Source: Ophelia neglecta
Lineage: Eukaryota
Direction: 5' to 3'
DNA: 64,000 nucleotides
Assembly: GCA_965285935.1 (NCBI GenBank)
Contig: OZ260663.1
Location: forward strand, 98,146,001 to 98,210,000
Shown: piece by piece, positions 38,223 through 51,200 of the stretch
Position numbering within the stretch: position 1 is the first letter of the stretch
Layout of the letters: each line of letters begins with the position of its first letter
Notes under the pieces: generated by a model
What the model saw: only the letters and a program-made list of their open reading frames with translations
Database searches by the model: none
What the model was told of the DNA's origin: nothing
Translations under genes and position numbers: made by a program

Positions 38223-40584
38223 GTTCCTGTCGATACGGGGATGGACTCTTGCTGAATTCATTTCCATGTCGGTGCGATTTAACTCATGGGAAGTGTTTGA
38301 CTGGCGTTGACTGTGAGAATTGGAGTCCGGAAAAAGAACCATTGAAGGAATGCAGAATTGGTGTGGTCTTCACTTCAAACTTAGTTAAATACCACATGTA
38401 TATTATTGTTCTTCTGTTGGTAAAGCTTGATAAATAGTATCGGTAGAGGGAGCTTTCCTCCTCGTGCTTGTGCTAATCACGATGTTGATATTGCGCCCTT
38501 AAAGAGCCTAATAGGTATATGACCACAAGGCAAATATACTGATGGAATGAAATCGTACATAAATAAGAACAGATTTTTAGTTGCCATTATGAAATTTTTG
38601 CCCCAAAAAACACCAACATATCATAAAATAATCACCACCAAGAGATTGAAACTCTTAAAAAACATTCACTTTCTGTTTACTTTCTGATTTGATTCAGAAA
38701 ACGTAACGTTGGGGAACTGGACAAATAATGATTTAATTCGCGATGCGGAGGAGCAGACAAGCGAAGGCCTCCCATTGAACACAATGTGTTCAATATCACC
38801 GCGGTCAGACAATACTGCCTGGTGGATGGTTGATCTTGGTCTTCTATATACCATTGATAAAGTATTGGTGACCAGAGGTACTTCTTTTTTTCGCTAAAAT
38901 GTTAAACCAAATTGAAGGTCAAAAATCACATTAATCTGTTTCTAGATAGAGTAGGGTGAGTAAGAAGAAATTCAAAATGGCAAACAGGTAATTATACAAG
39001 TATCGTTCCTTTAGAACAAAATAGATATACCATCCTGGTTGGAAACTCAAGCCGACCAATCGGTAATAAGTACTGCTTGGCTGATGCAAAGGCTAACAAG
39101 TCTGATCCGTTTTATACTGTGGTCACCTGTGATGATACCATGATCGGAAGATATGTAGTTTTGGTGCAACATGCTTGGTCCCAGGCCGACCCACAATTGT
39201 GTCAGATCGTTGTTATTCCTACGACATCCATAGGTAAGTAATGAATCAAACTAATACCTATGCTTGATAAGGCAATGAGAATTATTAAAAAAAATTATCC
39301 TCTGGTTTAACGAGCCGGGCTGCGTTTCGTAGACAGGATCCAAGCACCATGGTTGTAATGTAAATTAGACTATTGGTCGAATAGCAACTTATGTTTATAC
39401 AAGGTTCTAACTTTGTATGTAAGAAACCAGCAAAACTGGTTTTCAATATTAATTAACAGTTCTTAGTGTTGAACTTAACCGTATCTACCATAATGCATTA
39501 CCCCGAAATGTTTCGTTATACGCAATATTCAATAGAAATATATATAGTGGCAAACAAGAAGTGTATGTTTAATATCATGTTTTGTTGTTTTGCGTTCAGG
39601 GGAAAGCAATGTCTTTAAAAGAAACACCATAGTCGTCGTGTGTGTCTCTGTGGTGATGTTAACAGTAGCAGTCAGCAGCGCCATATCTATCCTGATGTAT
39701 GTTATTGATTTGTTGTATAACATTTTAATACGACCCTACATAGACACTGTTATATAAGTTATATCTCACCCGTGTCTCATTTCATTTGGACCAGGTATAA
39801 TTGCACTAACACAGATATATTGCTAGACACGGAAGCGATTACACTGTACAAATGGTCCTTTTTATGTTTCATTTAAAGCAGACGAAGAAGATTAGCCTCG
39901 AACATCAGGAATGCTGGACAGGAAGAAAGAGGCGGAGTGTCGCCTTTAAAACAAATGGAAGTGCGGATTCCACTGGCTGGTAGGACTTGAAATCCGAATT
40001 TGTCCTTTTGGTTATAATCAAATTATATCTTTTCTCTTTAACTATTTTCTTCTTCTTTGGGTGTGTACTAATTGTAATGCAAACATTCATTATTTTATTC
40101 TGTATGTACCATGTACGTATATCATTCATGATCACGAGTAGACGATTAAGGTGCATTGCAACAGCGAATAATTATATGGAAATATATAGCAGTGGAAATA
40201 AAATGATATGTTTTAAACAGACCTGGTGAAAGGAACAATTCGGTATAATTCAACAATACATCTCGCTTTCCCCCCGACACAGGTCCTGCGGTCGTAGAGA
40301 CTGAAGCATCATCCGCAGGCGATTTCAATATCTATGAGAGCACATGTAAAACTGGCACAGAATACGGTATATTTTGTTATTTACATATTAATTAGTATAT
40401 ATATCACCCATGGTCATGATAGCAAACTTGTTTGGTAGCAATATTTGCAGTATAACATAAATTATATATGATGTCACTATTTTCTGTACACTTTGCAGAA
40501 AATGTCAACCCTGAAAATCCTTATAAAGAGCTTCAAGGTGACAATAACACAACTCACAACGACTACATGGAAATATATATCTAA
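38223..40584 (+). CDS. Short type-I receptor A: EGF-like exon, F-type-lectin-like domain, TM and tyrosine-motif tail; the 5' exon was not identified
   Basis: Exons 38223-38360 (SCRYGDG...CRI), 38698-38877 (NVTLG...AWWMVDLG), 39015-39233 (GRYV...LCQIVV), 39600-39696 (TM), 39879-39979 (RRRR stop-transfer), 40283-40366 and 40499-40584. All are GT-AG and phase-compatible. The tail ends IYEST...TEYENVNPENPYKEL...DYMEIYI. Confidence 0.75.
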
Positions 40585-42249
40585 CAATTCCAAGACAGTT
40601 ATTTAGGAAATTGTTCATTGAACAAATGTCCAAGTACTATGATAACATATGGATAACTTCATACGTTGCGAATCATTTGTTTGGTGTTGCATCGATCCTA
40701 GGCTGCGTTAGAGAGCTTAACAGTCCTTTCGATTTATTTTGTTGAATAATATTTGTATATGCATTGTGTCCGTACCCATGTCCAATAAGGGTTCTTTTAA
40801 AATTCTGAATGTGTCTTTATTTTTCAATATATTGCTATTTGCGGGCTCCTTCGCTGTCGGCATTCTTATTAGGGGTATTCGCTACTTAATCCAGGTACAT
40901 ATGTAACTGATGATTTATGTATTAATTAGATGTATAAATATATATTGATCACAATCAAACATGTCTCATTCTGATTCTAATGCAGCTTCCAATCAAAGTT
41001 TCATAGGTGAGTGCACTTGCACTCAGGCCTTACCAACTCTTCACCTAGATTTGCGTATTTCAATAGATTAATCAATTGATTAAAAAATGAACCTTGATGT
41101 AGGGCAGGCTTCGATCAGATATGAATTTGCAATGAGGTTTTAAATTAAAATCTGGCTCATTTTTGGAATTCGTCACGTGGCCAATTGTGTGAATTAAGCC
41201 TAAAATGCCCTATTGCATAGTATGAAGTTTTGTAGTATGTCTCTATTTGAAGGTGCCAGCGGTGGTCATTTACTATTTTCGTCACAAATACTGTCAAGTG
41301 ACTCATTTCATCCACGGTTCAAAAGTAGTTCTACCCCCACTCTTTGATGTGGCTTGTAGCTTGACTAATATTAACGCTTCTAGAGATAAGTGTTTATTAC
41401 CGCCAAGCATACGTCTTTTTATGGAAAAAGGTTTGCATCCTCGAGAGTGTTGTTTTATAGCTTTAGCAAACGAGAAACCGTTACCCCCTTAGGAAACCGA
41501 GAATGTTCAATGGTAAACCAACATAAATCACGTTTTCCATTTTCAGCAATGGCATGAGAATATAATATAGTCTTGAAGTAAATTTTCGAAGTGAAAGCCT
41601 ACAATTTCATTTAAAGGTCTGCCTTTTCTGTCCAGCAGACTCTCGCCTTTTCACGTGTCGAATGTGAAAATTGTGAAAAAGATAAGATAGTTTTGTGGCC
41701 ATATTCATAATTAATACCCAACGCGACATTAAAGGTGGACCTTTCATTCTTTGAACACTTACTTTCAAAAACAGTTGACTCTGTAAACAATCTCTGATTT
41801 TACTTCAAATTCTAAAGAGTGAACGCTCTAAAAAAATTATGCTCCGACAAAAAGAGGACAGGTACATATTTCTAGCTTAAACTTATCAAATTTCCAAAGA
41901 GTTGTATTTTCCTTTTATTTAGTCATGAATTAATAAATCTTTGACAAAATTGACTTGGACATGCACACTTTTGCATCTGAGCAAACGAGGCGTTAGTACA
42001 CAAGTTTTCTGGCTATGAGGCAGAAGTATCTCTTAAACCCATTTGGTGAGTACGAACTAAAAACACGGAAATGGATACCCGGCAGCTAAAATGCATGTGA
42101 GCTACAGGTAGCTTGCAGGCACGAAGTGTCTAATCCATATCATACCCTACATATATATGGACTGGGTCCAAATATTTTTAAGTTCTCTCCTTGCCCTACA
42201 GAGGGAGAGAGAAACAAACACCCGCACACACACTCCCATACGCAAAACA

Positions 42250-42360
42250 ATACACAAAAAACCGCACGGAGGTATTTTTGAAAAAAGACACACACACATA
42301 CACACACACCCGCACACCCACTCACAAACACACTCACAAATACACTCACAAACACACTCC
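42250..42360. repeat. CA-rich imperfect microsatellite
   Basis: (CA)n and CACTCACAAA units. Confidence 0.8.
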
Positions 42361-43299
42361 CCAGCCGACAGCTTATATTCTATTGCTCTGGACTCTATTT
42401 CATATAACGTTACTTTAAGGAAAGTACCAGAAATTCACTCTTTCCAAATGGCGGCAACAATTGTCAGGGGTAAGCTTTCCGGTCCCTCAAGGGGGCAGAC
42501 TAGTGCAACAACGGTCCGATATCATCATCCACTCGGGGTCGTCCAATAATAACCAGAATCAGCTATCCATTTACGCCAGGGGGTGGCATGGAATCAGATA
42601 TGAATTCCCTACGTTGGCGGTCATGGGTAGGAAAGAGGTATCAAACTTCAATCTTAATGTTGAACATAAATTTTTGTCGCTGTTTCAAAAGTTAAACTTT
42701 CAAATCGTCCTTTTATCATGGGTGACACCCCCTTTCTTACTACCTTTCATTCCGCGCTATATTAAATAAAATGTCATATTTTTAATTCATATTTCTATAC
42801 GCAATTTCACCAATTTTCGCGCCAAAACGTCACTCCTTTCCTGCCGTAAGGACTGAATACTTATTTTGACTTTCTTCATTATTATGATTTCCTTTTTTGT
42901 TGAACATAAATATTTCATTATGAAATGATTATTTGATGAAAACTTAGATTAGCCTAAAAACTATGAGTATCATTATGATTATCATAATTAATCTGATAAC
43001 GCATTAACTTACTATAATAAATCTGATTTTAATATTGATTGCCACCGATTACAACGTAATCAAATTAATCGGGATTGGATCCTCACATATAACTGAAAGA
43101 ATCATTGATTTACCATTGATTAGGTTATTTTTATTTATAAAGAATGGATTACTATTACAATGCTGTTAAAAAAATCGGATCAATTATTCTGGTTGGGCAC
43201 TCTTTCAGGTCTAATGAAAAAATAATTACATTCACCAAGATATAATTTTGCGTAATCAACGACTTTTTTGGAATAGTGCTAAATGGACGATAAAAGCAT

Positions 43300-43388
43300 T
43301 TGAGTTTCCCCTTAACTTCCTTTCACCAACGAGGCTTGAACCCCGGACTTTGGCGTGGCAGGTAAGCGTTTTAACCACTACTATACTA
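43300..43388 (-). mobile_element. tRNA-Gly(GCC)-derived SINE head or tRNA pseudogene
   Basis: Minus strand reads AGTATAGTAGTGGTTAAAACGCTTACCTGCCACGCCAAAGTCCGGGGTTCAAGCCTCG. It has A-box and B-box-like motifs and the CCTGCCACGC anticodon arm of tRNA-Gly, but no intact acceptor stem. Confidence 0.6.
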
Positions 43389-44739
43389 GATTCATATTGA
43401 TAAAAGGCCAAAGATGAAGACACCTCTGCTGTAGTGTTAACTAACAATAGTTTTTAAATTAATTTGTTTTTAGAAAGTTTTATTTGACAAGGGATTTCGT
43501 AACCAGAGAACTAATATCATATTATTGTACGTATAAAAGCTTGCGGTACCGTAATATTTATCCTATTAAAAAGTGTAAATAAGTTGTTGTGAAGTAGTAC
43601 AATCAACAAATTACCTAAGCTGATAGAGCCTGGGTTATTGCGTGAGTAAACGGCAACGATAGTGGGGTGCAATGGGGTAGTAGAGGGGAGGAGTGTGGTT
43701 GATGCTATATACATGATCCTCAATTTGTAAGGCATTTTCATTTTTATCCAGGGCGGTCAAGGCTGGGTACGAGTGACGGGGTAGGGGTTGGCAGAGCAAG
43801 GGAGTGTCGAGAACATACAAGGATGGCTGCGGATGGTTGGGGGAGAAGGGGGAGGGGGCATGGACAGGGGTTAGTAAGGATGGGTTGGGGAAGGGGTAAA
43901 GTAATGTGTAGGCTTTACGTTGTTTTTGCGATAAAACATGCTGGTTCAGGAGTTGAATGTGAGTGAAGCGAAGGGGTCGTTTTAATTCTTGAAATAAGAT
44001 TATCCTCCCGGAGTTGAATTGTTATAATTGCTACTGTGAGGCTGCTATACTGCTCAACGTTATTACAGAGGCATCCCAGATGACATCTTGAAGCATTTGG
44101 AGATTATAATACGTTAGGTACGATACAAAGTGCATTCCGTTTTTTACCAGTTTGAAAATCTTCGTGGCCTTGTAAGATCAACCACCGGACGCGTCTGATT
44201 TAACCATTGACTTAAATAACGCGTTGGCCAAAAGCGCACGACAAAATTTACTTGACTCGTTACCCTATATCACTTGTAATATATAATCTTTAAATGATTT
44301 GCCTTTGACTATTTGCTATACGTTTGACACTATGATAAATGAAATTTGATCCGCACTTTTGACTAGAGGTCAAAGACAACTGGTGTTTACTGAGTTATAT
44401 GAATCACCTTAACCGAAAAAATACTATCATGGAACGCCTAAACGACAAGCTAACAAATTCTATTAATGGATGATAAAATCTTTAGCTATTTCTTTTGAAA
44501 CAAACACATGTTTTACTATGAAAAACGTGCTTCCGTGGTTCATCGCCTCTTCTCTATAGAACAGAGAGCCCATTCATTCATGGTCCATGTTTAAATAGGA
44601 TGATTCGTGACATAGACATGCACCAGGTACTATCTTGATATGTATCAAACACGCGCTGACTCCGATTGCCATAGTGTGTGCCAGTGCTGCCTTAACGGGT
44701 ACATGTGTCAACTGAACTAAAATGCGACACAGTTACAGC

Positions 44740-44900
44740 TAGGTTAAAATAGGCGAGGAAGTAAACTTTACATGTAAGTGCGCAAATTCGCTAGGTTGAT
44801 AAGTATGCTGCTTTGGCTATATTGAAGATCCAGGCCAGATGGCGGCCGTGCTAATGAAACACGTCTTTCCCGTGTTTAGCGTTTCAGCCAGCAGGTTCAG
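44740..44900 (+). pseudogene. Orphan duplicate of the promoter and signal-peptide exon of RPTP paralog 2
   Basis: GAGGAAGTAAA...CCAGATGGCGGCC...CACGTCTTTCCCGTG...AGCGTTTCAGCCAGCAG matches about 48150-48291. No downstream exons were found. Confidence 0.65.
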
Positions 44901-45039
44901 ACCATGTCTAGCTACAAACATTTGATAAGCACTCCTGGTTGACGACATTTTTTCTTCTATCGCTAAAGGCGACAATGGATTTTTTCACCAAGACTTTCTT
45001 TAAAATAAAATGAATAAATACCAGAGAGGGAAGTGGGGT

Positions 45040-45260
45040 TGAACTGATTTATAAAAGATAAGACAATTCGTTGATTATTTCGGGTGCTTTCTCTGAGCAC
45101 TTGAACATTCCGTGCGGGATAACACAGGGTTCGATTTTTGGTCCAGTCCTCTTCCTCATGTATATTAATGATATTGCAGACGTCTCAAATAGTTAATTCA
45201 TTCTTCTTTAGGTTTTAGATTCAAACGCATTCTTACCTGGCTAAAAGCTTGATACCTTCC
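45040..45260 (+). mobile_element. LINE reverse-transcriptase fragment
   Basis: Reads CGITQGSIFGPVLFLMYINDIADVS, matching the GVPQGSxLGPxLFxxYIND motif. Confidence 0.8.
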
Positions 45261-48224
45261 ATTCAATTTAATGTTTGACAGCCAGGAGAGCTCATATAGT
45301 CATTCCGGCCAAAACAATGGGTGTCCGTTGATAGAGCAATGCTGATCATGTTACCTCCGCGATTGAGCCTCGGAGCTGTGTTTGGCCAACTCCATATAAC
45401 AGGTGTTGCATCTCCCTGATCATTTCAGAAACTTAGGTGTTCAACAGTATCGCCCAGTTACTTCACCTGTATGCGCCATGGTTTACGGGATTATTATTCG
45501 TACAATCTAGTTACAAAATGCCGGGTTGGGGCAGTACCTCAACATACTGGCGGTTGCAACCAACCAGATAGGCAGCGTAGTATGCGCCGTCATCAACACA
45601 CCATGCGCGAAACTTGGATTTCGGCGGCAACTGAGATTTTATTTGGTGTGTTTAAACCTTTTTTGTATAAATAAGGATACTGTAAGCATTGAAAGCTACA
45701 TGTATATATATTGTGATAAGTATATACATAATTCATTACCGGATGGTCAACATCACTCATGTGGACCGCATAAATAGGTACGTTTATAATCATTATGAAA
45801 AACAGATTTAGTTCGCCCACAAAGGAGATAAAAACAGTAATTGGACTAATATTTATACAAGGACACCTGTTGCCTTGGCGTTAACCATTTCATAGTCAGC
45901 ATTGATACGCAATTCTAACCATACTTGAGTACTGGTCATATTGTGAAGAAAAATCGAACGTGATTTAGCACCATGGATACAGGTTCAGATCGGTTCTAAC
46001 AAAAAAGAGTTTATCAACAACAACTACAATGGACGGTATTTAAACCACATTATATAATGTGTCACAAATCGCCCTCTTCTCTCACCTATATTGATCACGT
46101 TATGATATCAATGGGGTCAACCAAATTATTACACGAACACGCCGTTCTCGAAAACAGCCATACTAAAGTTTCCGACAAAACCCAATCTTTTAATCAGTCA
46201 CGTTTGTAGCGCCGTACGTCGTCTTACACGTATCAGAGATTGCATTTGAGAGATGGTCTATGTAACTGAACTTAGCAATATCACCTAGGCCCCCATGTCT
46301 GGTCTAGTTCGGTTCCTCAATCTCGTACATCCACTGTTACGAGTAGGTTTCCTAGACACATGCCACGACATGTGCCATGAGGAAATGCGTCAGCTGCTTT
46401 TGAGCTTGAATGAAATGTGTCGTTTTCAAATTCAATTTCATAATATATTAATTAATACCACACAGCTTGGGGATTTTTATTGAAACGGTGATATTTCTGC
46501 CTCTTTAAACTTGAATTTATAAGTACATTATTGTAATTAAACAGAGCCCTCTTTAATCATGGAGAATGATTCACCGATTGGGCTACTTTATTTGAGCAAC
46601 CTTACAAAGAAATTGCTCAAATGATATATTTATCTTTACAATCAAGGTTCTAGTATATATATATAAATGATCCCGGCTTGATATAATATTATTTATGCTG
46701 TTTGTGAAAATATATTTTGTGTGCTTAGTCTTTAGGTCAAGCCGATAAAAACTAATTTTGTTTGTTGATACCTTAACATGCCAAATAGGTATTCTGTAAA
46801 AGTACATGTATACGCTTTTCACAAAATGATATAAAATCCATTGCAGTCAATGTTGAAAGATTGAAGGGAAAAATGAAGTGAAAGAGGGTAATTGACAGAG
46901 ACCAGATAGGCATAATCATGTCCGAGTTTGCTTTCACTGTGCATCAATAATAATAATAATATTGTCATTTACAGAGCGCTCCTTTTCTCGTATATAACAC
47001 TTAAATAGTATGAATAAACCTTAATAGAAATCAAATAAAAGTTAAATAAATAGATGAATTAAAAAAACCAAATCTAAGTTAAGTTATGGCACACATTTAT
47101 TATTTTCGGCCAATAAGTAATTAAAGTCTGAATAATGAGTCTTTAGCCAGGATTTAAAGACTGACACGAGATCTACGAGATCTAATGCTGATTAGCTGAA
47201 TATGGTATCAGATTAATTTATTGTATGCTGATTCGCTTAATTACATTCTATTTTGTAGGTCTCGCGGTTCGTCAAAAACAAATATTTCTTCATCCTATGT
47301 GAAATTATGTATCCCTTCATTAATTTTAAGGAGATTATGTTAGATTGAGGAGATCAAAAGGCGATTAGGTTAGGTAACTAAATAATTATAACAGATCTTT
47401 ATTGAATAGGCTATTGTTTGGCGCCGGGAATGAACCGGGAATTATATCTACCTCTATAAAATTAGAATTATAAGTACATGATTATAATTAAACATAGCCC
47501 TTGTTACTGATGAGGAATAATTTTATTCACGGGTCTACTTTATTACCATTTTTAACTCTTTATTTTAGTTACTATGTCTCGCATTATTTTCTTTTGGTCA
47601 CACAGGTGTGTATATTCTGTGATGAGTATAGTCACTCTCTTCTTGAACGGTACACACGACTATGCTATTCGCCCAAAACGCAGCACCGAATACAGGGGCC
47701 ATGAAATGCTTGCTATCACAACCATCACGGTTCACCGCCTATTGTGTATGCATAACGTAGACTATTCATTCATGGCCTGTGTCTGAAAAAGTGATTTGTA
47801 ATATAGACATGCAACAGGGCCACCTTAACAAGTAGTGAAACACGCGCTGTCATTGAATGTGGGGTCGTGGGTCCCCTAAAACAGGGGAGCCTCCGTGCCA
47901 TGTTGGCTAAGATTTTTACTTTCGTCACAACGTCGGGCGTCAAAGAGCCAACGTACTTAATGTTTTTGTAATGCATAACCTCGTATCTCGTGCTAAAAAA
48001 TTCGAACGATTCGCGGCTTTATTCGAATCTTTTTAACCCATTGGTATTCCTTTTTTTATTTCAAACATGCGTACTCGTGTTGCCTTAACGTCTACATGAT
48101 CTGACCTTAAATGCGGCAAAGGCACAAAAACGGTTAAAAATAAACAAATGAGGAAGTAAAGGTAGCATAAAGATGCAGCAATTCGCCATGTTGACTTGTG
48201 GCCAAAGAGCTGGGACCAGATAAA

Positions 48225-51200
48225 ATGGCGGCTACGTTTACGATACACGTCTTTCTTGTGATTGCATTAAGCATTTCAGTCAGCAGTTCAGGTATTTATT
48301 GTGACAGATAATATTTCTGTGTCGATTTGAATATTATTATTTATTTGAATCGGTATTCTATCCCGGAGGTAAACCAATAATGAGATATATTTATTGCAAA
48401 AATGAATATCTTTATGCACAGATCCCTGTCGATACGGTCACGCCCGTACATGTGCGTTTACGTGTCGTTGTGACAGCGGTTGTGACACAGACACAGGAAA
48501 TTGTCTGCACGGTACAGCGTGTCAGAAATGGACCCCAGGTTATGTTATGTGGCACGGCTCAGGTTGTAGAATAGGTAGGTATAGTAGCTATAAATCCTCG
48601 AATGGCGCATAATTTGCCTATGAGGGCGCTGTGGGGAGGGGTGGAGGGGGATCGGAGTAGTTAAATAAATAGTGGATAAGCGAGAGGATTTTTTATTTAT
48701 TTGCTTCGCCATTTGCCACTCGTTGAGTGATATCTGACGTACTTAGGGTGTAAGTTATTTAACGAAAATAGTTACAGGCCATTCATATTCCACGTATTAG
48801 GAAACGTGGCAAGGTCAAAAACAACCTATCAGAGTTGGACACGGGAGGATTATGGTCCTGAACGTGCAGTTGATGGACAAGTCGGGAACTCACTGTCAGA
48901 CGGGAAGTGTTCATTTATAGACCCATACCAAGGCATTGTCTGGTGGATGGTGGATCTTGGACACATGCACCTTATATCCAGTGTTTTTATATATAGTGAA
49001 AAAGGAAAAAGTAAGTACGAATAACGAGAGCTTGCATATTTAATCAATGTTTCGAATGATAAACCATCATTTTGATTAGATAGACAAGTACCTGTAACGG
49101 TAGCAACTAATGGTTATTAAAAGTTAACAAAGACAGAAAAAAAGCACCTAGATGCGGTATCTACCCCATACATGTTTATATTTTTATGGGTGTGCGAGAC
49201 GAATATACATGTACCCACATCAATACAAGGAAAACATTTATTGATCAATCTTACTCAAGAATCATCAACTAGTATTTCTTAAAGAAGAAACTGAATACTG
49301 TTTGAGAGTCAATTTAAACGCATATGAATGAAGTATTAAATAAACATGCATTAACTCTAATATAATATTTTCAGGTAAACTGAACGATTACCGTATTCTT
49401 GTTGGCAATTCTACACAAATAAACGAAAATACAGTGGAGTGTGGAACAAGCGGAAGCGCGGACAATTCTTACACAGACTACGACATAGTAACCTGTTACC
49501 CTGACAAACTTTTTGTGGGAAAGAAAGTTGCCTTCAAAAGCAATGCCATTTCCGGCGTTATCTTATGTGAACTGGTTGTCATTGGACGGCGATATATAGG
49601 TTGGAAAAGCTATTGCATATTTTGTCTGTTGTTTGTTTGTTTCTTGTAATCAATTTAGTGTACATGTATCTGTTGACAGATTGTTCTCTCTGCCCGACTT
49701 CCAGTACCTGTAATGAGTACGATGGATGTAGCCTGTGTCCAAAAGGCTTTCTGCTACCAGACTGCAAAGGTAATTGGAGTTTTACTCTACACTTTGTTTG
49801 TGACTATACCAATTCTAGTCGTGTTTGCTGTAAACAGCGTCTTATAAAAGGTACACAAGTTGCAAGCGGTTCGAAAAATAGTGTTGAGGGAATCTGTTTT
49901 GAAGTCGTCGAGATGTATGAAGCCTTTGTTTATCAGAATGTATGCCTGGTCTGGGAGGGAATGACTGCTGTAGCACACACTGTAAGAACCTCGCCTGTGT
50001 TAGGGAGACAGGCGTGTGTACTGACGGGTGTTCATATGATGACGAAGGGTTTTTGTGGGTTGGCCAGATGTGCGGAGAGGGGTTACGTAAGTATGAGCTA
50101 TTGATATATCACTTTTTTTGAGGGACAATAATGTTTATTGAAGTGTACTAATGATTTTTTTTAATCTTACAGCCATCATGCGCTTTGGGTCAGGCGACAC
50201 CGTGGACAGAAATCCCGTGGAAGTCACAGCTTACTCTGTGACATGGCGCTGGAAGGAGGCATTAAATGTATCAGAACAGGCGACACCCCACGTAGGCTAT
50301 CAGATTTATTACCGTCAGTTGTACAGCAGTAACTGGAAGCTAGGAGTTGACATACCATACAGTAAGACCGAGTGGCAACAAGGGACGGTTAGCAATTTAA
50401 GTTCAAACACTGTTTACGATTTTGACCTGGAAGCGTATCGAAAAAAATCCGATGGAACTAGGGTCTTGGGTGACACGTCCTACATCGAATCAGGTTATCC
50501 GACCTGGAACCTGCCACTTAGAAGTAAAACATTAGGTATGGAATATATTCTTTATTATAATCCGGATATGTTTGCATTCATACACCTCTTCCATTTCTTG
50601 TTGACTCCCAATCTATATGAGTCATTCACTTATTATTCCCACTATTTTCTTTAAGTGACGCCAACCTCTCAGTTTCGAACCTCATCCATCATAACCAGTA
50701 TGAAAACCAAAGGTTTATCTTCCTCTGACATCTCCAAGACGACTGAACTTCCATCATTATCAAATAGTGAATCTACTTCAAACACAAATCCTCGATCAAC
50801 TGTTTCGACTAATCTAAACCCGCCAAGCATTGACGGGCCACAAAATGTAGGGCCAAAAACGGAACTTATAGCAGGAGTAACTGTTGGGATTTTAGTTATT
50901 TTGATAATAGCTGGAGCCATTATTGTCTTCCTGGTCAGGTATGTTCAAATGTTAAACAAAAGTGAAAAACTTACGACGAATTCAATTTGGTTACAATGAA
51001 CAACATTTAACTGTAATTCCTCTCACCAATGACCAAAGAAGAAACAGGAAAGAAAGATGCGAGTTATTAGAAAAAAAAGACAGAATTTCTTTGAAAGGAG
51101 ACCAACATGTACAAACGGATTCAGGCGAAAGTAAGTTAAAACTTCGAACTTACTAAGTTTTCGAACATGTGAAATGAATATATGCTTTAAAATTGAATTT

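Noticed and set aside
43300-43388. Functional tRNA-Gly gene
   Set aside because: The acceptor and D stems do not pair properly, so it is treated as a SINE head or pseudogene.
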